A DNA stretch of 9,004 bases from Octopus sinensis. Taxonomy: Eukaryota. Below the pieces are notes generated by a model, which saw only the letters and a list, made by a program, of their open reading frames with translations, searched no databases and was not told the DNA's origin. Each line of letters begins with the position of its first letter. Position 1 is the first letter of the stretch. The position numbers and the translations under genes were made by a program. Positions 1 through 7,056 of the stretch are shown piece by piece. Where the stretch lies: contig NW_021828194.1 in NCBI RefSeq assembly GCF_006345805.1, positions 1 to 9,004 on the forward strand. Reading direction: 5' to 3'.

Positions 1-136
1 ATTTTAAGTTCAACATCAACAATCAAGGAACGGCCATAATAGGCCATTCACCCACTAGAAATAACAGCCAAAGCTTCAACCGCAAATAAAGTCAATCCGT
101 AAACAGGAGAAAATTTAAAAAAAACATTACCCTGTA

Positions 137-243
137 ATTTCTTATACGATGCACCGTTTCGTCTGTTGTTTAATGGTAAACTAACCTGATTAAATTAAAT
201 CAAGCCAATCTTCCATAGGCCCTCAGATTCTTCAGTAAGAAAT
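137..243 (-). ncRNA. Type I hammerhead ribozyme with extended stem II (A.C mismatch at pair 10.1-11.1)
   Basis: Minus strand reads AUUUCUUA (243-236) CUGAAGA (235-229) [stem II 228-161] GAAA (160-157) CGGUGCAUC GU A (cleavage triplet GUA 147-145) UAAGAAAU (144-137). Stem I is a perfect 8 bp. Stem III is A-U, C-G, G-C, G.U with a UGCA loop. The base of stem II is UCUG/CAGA, closed by A.C instead of the canonical G-C. Confidence 0.85.
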
Positions 244-248
244 AGCCA

Positions 249-249
249 C

Positions 250-291
<42 letters not shown>

Positions 292-384
292 TATATACAT
301 ATATATATATATACATATACATATATTATATATATTATATACATATATATATATTTACATATGTATATATACATATATATATGT

Positions 385-415
<31 letters not shown>

Positions 416-565
416 TTATATATACATATATATATATATACATACGCTATGTAGTTAGTTAGTTTTATGTGTGTATGTATGTATATGTGTACGTATATAT
501 GTATACGTGTATGCATACATATATCTATACATCTATCTATCCTATCTATTTGTATGTATGTATGT
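249..565. repeat. (TA)n / (TACA)n / (TATG)n compound microsatellite
   Basis: Directly visible TA-rich tandem repeats with TATG/TATC variants. Confidence 0.95.
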
Positions 566-883
566 AAATATTAGAAAGACGAAACTTCCCAAACCATTCT
601 TATTGCTTATTATGGAATAAAGTCTTTAAATAAAAAGGGTCTTCGCGCACTCTTGGTATTTCGTTGCAGGAATTTATGTCGCAACCGCATCACTTTTGAT
701 TGCTCTACTCCCACCGTGGGGCGCATGATTACTCTATACTATTCCATATTGGAATGTTATGCAACGGTGATCAGTTCCACACACATTCAGGGTATACATT
801 ATCCACTGATTAAAGTCATCACCTGTTAATTGTTATTTGAATAACTCTGTCCAAAGGTGATTACAATAAACGGTTTCCATTGT

Positions 884-947
884 GTATATAAATATTATTT
901 ATATATACAATATATATATTATATATATATATCTATATAATATATAT

Positions 948-979
<32 letters not shown>

Positions 980-990
980 ATATATATATA
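884..990. repeat. (TA)n microsatellite, interrupted
   Basis: Visible TA dinucleotide run with AA/TT interruptions. Confidence 0.95.
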
Positions 991-1010
991 CACTTATTTT
1001 AAAAGTTCGT

Positions 1011-1165
1011 CGGACAGTTTTGCCAAAAAACTGTCGGGAAAGTGAAACTCAGAGTAACAGGTTTTGTTGAATTTCTGCTGCTTTTAAATAAAGCATATTA
1101 CTCTACCACTGGTATTTGAGTACTCTTTTTTCCACCTTGTTTCACATTTATGTGTTTTATTCCGG
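1011..1165 (+). mobile_element. Dispersed repeat, probable PLE terminal-repeat fragment carrying the 3' half of a hammerhead
   Basis: 9-bp hairpin GACAGTTTT (1013-1021)/AAAACTGTC (1027-1035), then GAAAC-TC-A-GAG-TA (1044-1056) with the palindromic ACTC-N-GAGT stem III and a GUA triplet. No CTGANGA lies upstream. 1034-1093 matches 5043-5102 at 51/60 ungapped. Confidence 0.55.
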
Positions 1166-1290
1166 TACATATATATTATATATAATATATATATATTATA
1201 TGTATGTATATGTATATATATGTATGTATATATATATGCATAAATACATACATACATAATATATATATATACATATATATGTATAAGAGA
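1166..1290. repeat. (TA)n/(TATG)n/(TACA)n microsatellite
   Basis: Visible simple repeats; source of ORF 1196..1429. Confidence 0.9.
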
Positions 1291-1463
1291 GTAGGGTTTT
1301 TATAATTATGAATATAATGGAGAGGGTTGCAAAAACCCTTACAAGTTTAGAAATAGCAGCCAAAACAACTATAAAGCCACTATTACACTCATGATATCTC
1401 CTCAGAATATAGCTGTCTGCGAGCAGCATGGCATAAAATCCACAATTTTAAAATATAAGGTTA

Positions 1464-1575
1464 TATATATATATGTACAAATGTATTTATGTATATATAT
1501 ATACATATATGCACACACATATATATATTATATTTACATATGGATATATTTATATGTACATATATATGTATATAT
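1464..1575. repeat. (TA)n-rich degenerate microsatellite
   Basis: Visible; source of the IYIY-type ORF 1391..1600. Confidence 0.85.
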
Positions 1576-1632
1576 GGAAGTAGACACGTACTGTTGGTGA
1601 TATATTTCCTTTTCTGGGTTTTTCCGTTTTTC

Positions 1633-1665
1633 TTTCTGACGAAGAGCTAAGCTCGAAAGGTCAAA
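1633..1665 (+). ncRNA. Minimal type I hammerhead motif (PLE-type), stem III mutated
   Basis: TTT-CTGACGA (1636-1642)-A-GAGC-TAA-GCTC-GAAA (1655-1658)-GGTC-AAA. The 4-bp stem II is intact and the triplet is GUC. AGGT replaces the self-complementary ACGT seen at 6242-6245. Stem I is a weak U/A helix. Confidence 0.7.
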
Positions 1666-1841
1666 AACCCTCTTTATTTTTACTAAGCGCCAAAATAATA
1701 GATTCCATATGCACGTCCTCTTGTGTGTTATTGTTATTTATAATGTTCAATAATTTGATTTGACTACATATATAGATACATATATACATATACATATATA
1801 CATACACATCCACACATCCACACACACACACATATATGAAT

Positions 1842-2110
1842 GCACGTGGTTTAGTGGTTAGGGTATTCGGCTTGCAATCATAAGATCGCGAGTTCGATTC
1901 CTGGCGGTACCTTGTGTCCTTGATCAAGAAATTTTACTTCACAGTGTTCCAGTCTACTCAGCTAGCAAAAATGAGTAGTACCTGTATTTCAAGGGGCCAA
2001 AATCACCCTGAGAAGTATGAGAAGAAGTACGCGTGTCTATGTAGCGCTCAACCACTTAATCTCACGAGCAAGCTGTTCCGTTGATCGGATCAAATAGAAC
2101 CCTCGTCGTG
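1842..2110 (+). mobile_element. tRNA-derived SINE (family 1), near full length, diverged
   Basis: Pol III A-box-like TGGTTTAGTGG (1847-1857) and B-box-like GAGTTCGATTCC (1890-1901) with tRNA spacing but no acceptor-stem pairing. A ~200-nt body follows, resembling a cephalopod SINE as I recall it. Confidence 0.8.
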
Positions 2111-2326
2111 TCAAGGTGCATAACTCGGAGTATATATATATATATATATATATAAGAAGGGATGATATTATTAAATACTATCACGTCTGGCAAGCGAGTT
2201 ATTAGCCATACAAGCAAATGAATAAGATATATACATACAATATAAGATATATACTGTAACCAGCGATGTATATCAACATCGGACAGTTTGGTCGATTAGG
2301 TGAAATATATATATATATATATATGC

Positions 2327-2501
2327 AATATAATATGTGACAATTATTCGGTTGCCATAATAAGACTCCGAGTTTATCGAGGCAATCAAAATATGCTACC
2401 ACTGTCTCGATAACTGACGAGATGCCGGAGCAGGTTTCCGCTCCGAAACTCGAAACTCGGAGTATTATTATGCCAACCGAATAATTGTCACATATTATAT
2501 T
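2327..2501. repeat. 49-bp inverted repeat (47/49) enclosing a hammerhead core
   Basis: The reverse complement of 2327-2375 equals 2453-2501 except for two substitutions. An inner IR pairs 2374-2384 with 2403-2413 (10/11, overlapping the outer left arm by 2 nt). Confidence 0.95.
2409..2469 (+). ncRNA. Type I hammerhead ribozyme (PLE terminal-repeat type)
   Basis: GATAA (2409-2413) CTGACGA (2414-2420) then stem II (GA/TC closing, inner helix CGGAGC 2426-2431/GCTCCG 2440-2445), GAAA (2452-2455), palindromic ACTC-G-GAGT (2455-2463), GUA cleavage after 2464 and TTATT (2465-2469) completing stem I. AATAAA follows at 2505-2510. Confidence 0.8.
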
Positions 2502-2590
2502 ACAAATAAATTCATCTATTTACATAATATCGAGGTCTCTTTCATTTTTTTATTGTCATATTATTAATATTAATACATATATATATATAT

Positions 2591-2778
2591 GCTGACAACC
2601 GAAGTTGCTGTGTTTACGTCCCCGTAAATTAGCGGTTCGGTAAAAAGAGACCGATAGAATAACTACTAGGTTTACAAAGAGTCTGTCCTGGATTCGATTT
2701 GGTCGACTAAATGTGGTGCTCCAGCATGGCTGCAGTCAAATGAATGAAACAAGTAAAGGAATAAAAGAATAAAAGAAT
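2591..2778 (+). mobile_element. SINE family 2, 3' half with (AAAAGAAT)n tail
   Basis: Ends in a tandem AAAAGAAT tail. The body (GTGTTTACGTCCCCGTAA..GCGGTTCGG..GAGACCGATAGAATAA..GGTGCTCCAGCATGGC..CAGTCAAATGA) matches my recollection of the 3' half of the abundant octopus SINE whose 5' half appears at 4641 and 8950. Confidence 0.7.
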
Positions 2779-3259
2779 ATATATATATATAAATGTATCT
2801 ATTATGTTTCTTTGTGTATCCCCAAGGTTGACAAGTTCATAGAAACCTGGTCAGGTCTCTCAGAATCATGAACTCAGAAATCTAAATCTTATCACCTGAA
2901 ATCCATAACTGTGCTTCGACCGTAATATTTATTATGTTCGACTTAAGATGAGAGACGAGATGTGTGTGCCCGCACGCATGTGTGTGTGTGTGCATGTTTA
3001 TTTAAATATGTGTTCATATATACATATGTATGTGTATATAGCTAGCAGACATTTTGTTTATTTTCTTATGATTTTGTTCGTAGATGTTTATATTAATATG
3101 TGTTATACACTCATACATACCTGTGTACATGCATGTATGTCTGTATGTATTATAATACATTAATATACTGCAGGTTGTCCCATGGGTTTTCTGGTGTGTG
3201 TGTGTGTGTACATCCAACACCTACACCAGAGAGGGAGAACGATAATGATACAGAGAGAA

Positions 3260-3328
3260 TTAGAAAGAGAGAGAGAGAAAAACAGAAAGAGAGAGAGAGA
3301 GAGAGAATGGGGGAGAGAGAGAGAGAGA
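3260..3328. repeat. (GA)n microsatellite
   Basis: Visible; source of the RERE and SLSL ORFs. Confidence 0.95.
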
Positions 3329-3772
3329 GCTGTGCCAAAGAATATATTGAGGAACGCGAAAATGTCTCCTCAGCCTGTTGCTATTCACAATAAATTCTCC
3401 CAGACAGAATCGTTAAGATGACATAAACACAATAACAGAACGAACTAAAGATCTCTTCCGTTTCCAACCGACATCTAAATAGACGCCATCTATTATTCTA
3501 CAGACACACCGTCATACAGCAAGCGCCCTCTTCAACAAACCTCGCAAAAGGAAAAAAGTAAGATCCGTTTAAAGACCAAAAAAAAAAAAAGAAAGACAAA
3601 ACACAAACCAAGGGAAAAACATGGAATAAATAAATATGAAGAAATAAGATCCAAGTATGTATATATTTGTTTGTGTATATAAATTTGTATGTATATATAT
3701 AAATTTGTGCATACATATATATGTTTATATAGATTTGTGTTTCAGTGTGTGCATATACATATAAATTTAGTT

Positions 3773-3872
3773 ATGTATGTGTGTATGTATGTATGTATGT
3801 ATGTATGTATGTATGTATGTATGTATGTATGTATGTATCTGTGTGTGTGTGTATGTATGTATGTATGTATGA

Positions 3873-3905
<33 letters not shown>

Positions 3906-3908
3906 TGA

Positions 3909-3941
<33 letters not shown>

Positions 3942-3994
3942 TGTATGTATGTATGTATGTATGTATGTATGTATGTATGTATGTATGTATGTAT
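3773..3994. repeat. (TATG)n tetranucleotide array
   Basis: About 220 bp of TATG with a short TG run and a GAATATAT variant repeated at 3871 and 3907 (36-bp period). Source of the MYVC/IHTY ORFs. Confidence 0.98.
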
Positions 3995-4306
3995 GTTTTG
4001 CGTTTCACACTGTATTTTCGGTTGTATAGGCCGGATATGTCGGATTAAGCGATGACATATCTTCTCTGATATTACATTTCAATAAATTCCAACAAGATTT
4101 GCATTTAAATCTAATTTTGGTTAGAATTTGATATTAAGCAGTGACATTATACTGTTAAATATACAAAGATGGAGTTTAGACGTCTTTGCTTCGACATGAT
4201 GACAAAAACGAAACAAAAGACATCTCTACACGTTTGATAACTTTCTCACACCGAGAATTTCATCCAATCACAAAGCGCCGTTTCTTCGAATGAGAGCCTA
4301 TATTTT

Positions 4307-4639
4307 TTATCAATTTATTAACTAAATTCGGTTGCTGTACCTATTCTTATCTATCATCACGAATATTGTGTGATGAACGAAAGAGAACGATCGCGAATAC
4401 AAAATGCCGGAAGGAGAATCGTCCACGAGGTCGATGCAGTAACGTTACTCGGCAAGGTGCATAACTTGGAGATCAGAGTGTCTCTCTTGGTCAAGCTGTT
4501 AATTCTCCGCATCGCGAGGCACGGCTCCATCGTACTCTAATTAGAAGCTATCATGACAGAGTCGCAGAACGGATACTTCGAGATGAGAATCAGCTGGCGG
4601 CTTAGAAGTAGGCCAAGAACGCGATGATTAGATAATATC
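4307..4639 (+). pseudogene. Decayed RTE-clade LINE ORF2 fragment (post-RT C-terminal region)
   Basis: Frame +2 reads LSIY*LNSVAVPILIYHHEYCVMNERERSRIQNAGRRIVHEVDAVTLLGKVHNLEIRVSLLVKLLILRIAR and, after indels, RSRPRTR*LDNI. This follows the RTE-type pattern P.L.YG.E.W...RIQA.EM.FLR.I.GVT..D..RN..IR...RGRPR.RW.D, with stops and frameshifts. Confidence 0.8.
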
Positions 4640-4640
4640 C

Positions 4641-4784
4641 AGAGGTGACTGTGTGACAAGAAGTTTGCTTCCCAAATACATGGTTCGTAGTTCAGTCTCA
4701 TTGCGCGGTATCTCCTACAATAGTATTGGGCCGACCAAGGCCTCTTGAGAGGAATTTGGTAGACGCAAACTGAAAGAAGCCCGT
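4641..4784 (+). mobile_element. SINE family 2, 5' (tRNA-like) half, diverged
   Basis: Shares AAGAAGTTTGCTTCCCAA (4658-4675 = 8966-8983) and ACATGGTT with the copy at 8950. It continues GGGCCGACCAA..GGA.TTTGGTAGACG.AAACTGAAAGAAGCCCGT. Confidence 0.75.
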
Positions 4785-5042
4785 TATGCTATCCCATAAA
4801 ATCGAAGACAAGCCTTAAATCGAACAGCGCATTCAAAATACATATTGTCAATTATATTGAAATATAATTCGATTAATACCATTAATATATTAAAAACTAA
4901 AATATTTTACAACAGTATATACGTATACTAAACCAGCAATATACATATATACATCAAAATACACAGATGGATATACATAGACGTATCCTTTAACTAGTTT
5001 TGATCATATCGATATTTCTATTCTATTTTAACAAAACGACGA

Positions 5043-5102
5043 TCGGGAACATGAAACTCTGAGCAACAGCTTTTGTTATATTTGTGGTGCTTTTAAATAA
5101 AG
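5043..5102 (+). mobile_element. Second, more diverged copy of the repeat at 1034-1093
   Basis: 51/60 ungapped identity; the GUA triplet is changed to GCA. Confidence 0.7.
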
Positions 5103-5117
5103 TCTTAACATTTTATC

Positions 5118-5174
<57 letters not shown>
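5118..5174. repeat. (TA)n(TG)n microsatellite
   Basis: Visible. Confidence 0.95.
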
Positions 5175-5176
<2 letters not shown>

Positions 5177-5274
5177 GATGTGATCGTCCAAGATATGTGA
5201 TCGTCTATAAATTCTTTACGATGGTTTACGTAACCATTTAGATGTTTCGGCGCCTACTCGCTTCATCACCCCTC
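5175..5274 (-). repeat. Direct repeat copy 1 (100 bp) with degenerate HHR-like motif on the minus strand
   Basis: Matches 5710-5807 with 3 mismatches in 87 aligned positions plus a divergent 13/11-nt segment. Minus strand 5269-5241 reads G-UGAUGA-A-GCG-AGUAGG-CGC-C-GAAAC-AUC. Confidence 0.9.
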
Positions 5275-5555
5275 TGTCTCTGTCTCTCTTTATATATATA
5301 TATATCGATATATATAATGAGAGACAGGGACAGAGGCAGAGAGAGAGAGACATATAAAGGCAGAGAGAGAGACACATACAGAGGTAGAGAGAGAGAGAGA
5401 GGCATAGATAGATAGAAAGACAAACAGATAGATAGATAGATAAATAATGTATATATATATATTTGTATGTATATATACATATATATATATATGTATATAC
5501 CTATATATATGTACATATACATACATATACATACATATATATATATGTATGCATG

Positions 5556-5602
<47 letters not shown>

Positions 5603-5643
5603 AAGAGAGAGAGAGAGATAGATAGATAGATAGATAGATAGAT

Positions 5644-5676
<33 letters not shown>

Positions 5677-5677
5677 T
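5275..5677. repeat. Compound microsatellite block (TA, GA, GATA, TATG)
   Basis: Visible; fills most of the space between the two direct repeats. Confidence 0.95.
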
Positions 5678-5709
5678 TCATAGTATAAAGACATGTTGAG
5701 CACAAAGCA

Positions 5710-5807
5710 TTGATGTGATCGTCCAAGATGTGTCGGTGTGTAAATTCTTTACGATGGTTTATGTAAGCATTTAGATGTTTCGGCGCCTACTCGCTTCATC
5801 AACCCTC
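5710..5807 (-). repeat. Direct repeat copy 2 (98 bp) with degenerate HHR-like motif on the minus strand
   Basis: Minus strand 5802-5774 reads U-UGAUGA-A-GCG-AGUAGG-CGC-C-GAAAC-AUC. Confidence 0.9.
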
Positions 5808-5967
5808 GTAAGAGGAAACAGATTCTGCAATTAAGGGTGCATATGAAGCTACCGGCCGAGACGTACAAACAAATCCAAACGAGCGGGTTATATGCGACCG
5901 TGAGAAAACAACTCTGGAATGCTCTACTTGCAAAGAGATAAACTTAGAAAGCATTGTGTTTGTTCGT

Positions 5968-6090
5968 GCGCATGCGTGTGCATGCGTGTGTATGTGTGTG
6001 TGATTGGTGTATTTTTGACTGACTACACTTGCACCACCAAGCTGTTTGCAAGCCTCTCTATGTGTATGTGTATACAGACAGACAGACACA

Positions 6091-6138
<48 letters not shown>

Positions 6139-6140
6139 GC
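5968..6140. repeat. (TG)n/(CA)n/(TA)n microsatellites
   Basis: Visible runs at about 5968-6002 and 6060-6140. Confidence 0.85.
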
Positions 6141-6213
6141 TACTACACGCATTTTTTTCTCCTTGTTTCTCTCCTTTTTTCTCTCCTTGCTTCTCCTTGT
6201 TCTTTTCTGTGTA

Positions 6214-6251
6214 TCTTTCTGTGGAAGAGCGTAGGCTCGAAACGTAAAAGA
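6214..6251 (+). ncRNA. Minimal type I hammerhead motif with variant core CUGUGGA
   Basis: TCTTT (6214-6218) CTGTGGA (6219-6225) A GAGC-GTAG-GCTC GAAA (6239-6242) CGT A (6246) AAAGA (6247-6251). Stem I is a perfect 5 bp, stem II is 4 bp, stem III is the palindromic ACGT, and the triplet is GUA. Core position A6 is T. Confidence 0.7.
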
Positions 6252-6341
6252 CTTTTTCTATTCCTGAGCGCTATACTAATACATTCGTTTTTTGTACACA
6301 CCCACCTACCTTCGTCTTTTGTTTATTTTCGTAAACTTTCC

Positions 6342-6344
<3 letters not shown>

Positions 6345-6396
<52 letters not shown>

Positions 6397-6415
6397 ACAC
6401 ACACATTTATACATA
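6345..6415. repeat. (TA)n then (CA)n microsatellite
   Basis: Visible. Confidence 0.95.
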
Positions 6416-6650
6416 CTCATATTAGAGAAAATAAAATCTTTCTTTGTGATGTCAGATTTTGCCATTGACCACTCGAACATGCAACAATCTGAACTGAGTT
6501 ACATGCCATCATTAGCGCCCACCTGGTACTCTGCATGGGTGTGTCCCCTATTGAAGTACCACGTGATTGAAGTTATTGTCTTAATTGGTCATCCATAGAA
6601 ATCATAACTTTAAGTATCTTCCTTTTCACTTTTCTTGTTTCATCTGTTTC

Positions 6651-6732
6651 ATCTCTCTCTCTCTCTCTCTCTCTCTTTCACTCACTGTATATATATATAC
6701 ATCTGTGTGTGTGTGGTGTGTGTGTGTGTGTG
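6651..6732. repeat. (CT)n, (TA)n, (TG)n microsatellites
   Basis: Visible. Confidence 0.9.
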
Positions 6733-6796
6733 GACAAATGTCTTTGTGCTTTGGTCGAGGACAAACTGATGTCCAACAGACATAACCATCCTTAAA

Positions 6797-6878
6797 ACCA
6801 TCATCATTACCACCACTATCATCATCATCATCACCACTCCAGCCACCATAATCATCATCATTATCGCCGCCATCATCC
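6797..6878. repeat. Degenerate (CAT/CAC)n trinucleotide repeat
   Basis: Visible; source of the poly-D/M/G ORFs. Confidence 0.85.
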
Positions 6879-7056
6879 GCTTCTCTGCCAGTACCCCATC
6901 GCGGCCAACATTTATTTCCGGTCACATGGTACCATTTTCGCACTCTTCTCGCTTCTTCATCGGAACCAAAATTTTAAACAATGATGAAAGAATTGTTTAT
7001 TTGAGTCTGCAGATTCCGGAGCCGATTTTAGGAGTTGTCTGACCGTCTGCTATTGA

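Noticed and set aside
56-72. 17-nt match TAGAAATA[A/G]CAGCCAAA with 1348-1364
   Set aside because: Real (16/17) but too short to define; probably fragments of an old dispersed repeat.
611-829. Alternative frame ...ITFDCSTPTVGRMITLYYSILECYATV, faintly fucolectin-like
   Set aside because: The diagnostic LCEV motif is absent and the similarity is too weak to support.
1842-1910. Possible tRNA gene
   Set aside because: A and B boxes are present, but the acceptor and anticodon stems do not pair and a SINE body follows; treated as a SINE head.
2821-2870. Strong-looking acceptor CCCCAAG|GTT followed by VDKFIETWSG
   Set aside because: All frames stop quickly and there is no convincing donor.
3773-3994. 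CRISPR-like or coding tandem array
   Set aside because: Simple TATG repeat with no unique spacers, in a eukaryotic context.
6449-6598. 49-aa ORF MSDFAIDHSNMQQSELSYMPSLAPTW...
   Set aside because: Short, with no recognisable homology or supporting signals.
6925-6965. Minus-strand CCGATGA...GCGAAAATGGTA
   Set aside because: The core is mutated at U4, and stems II and III do not pair convincingly.
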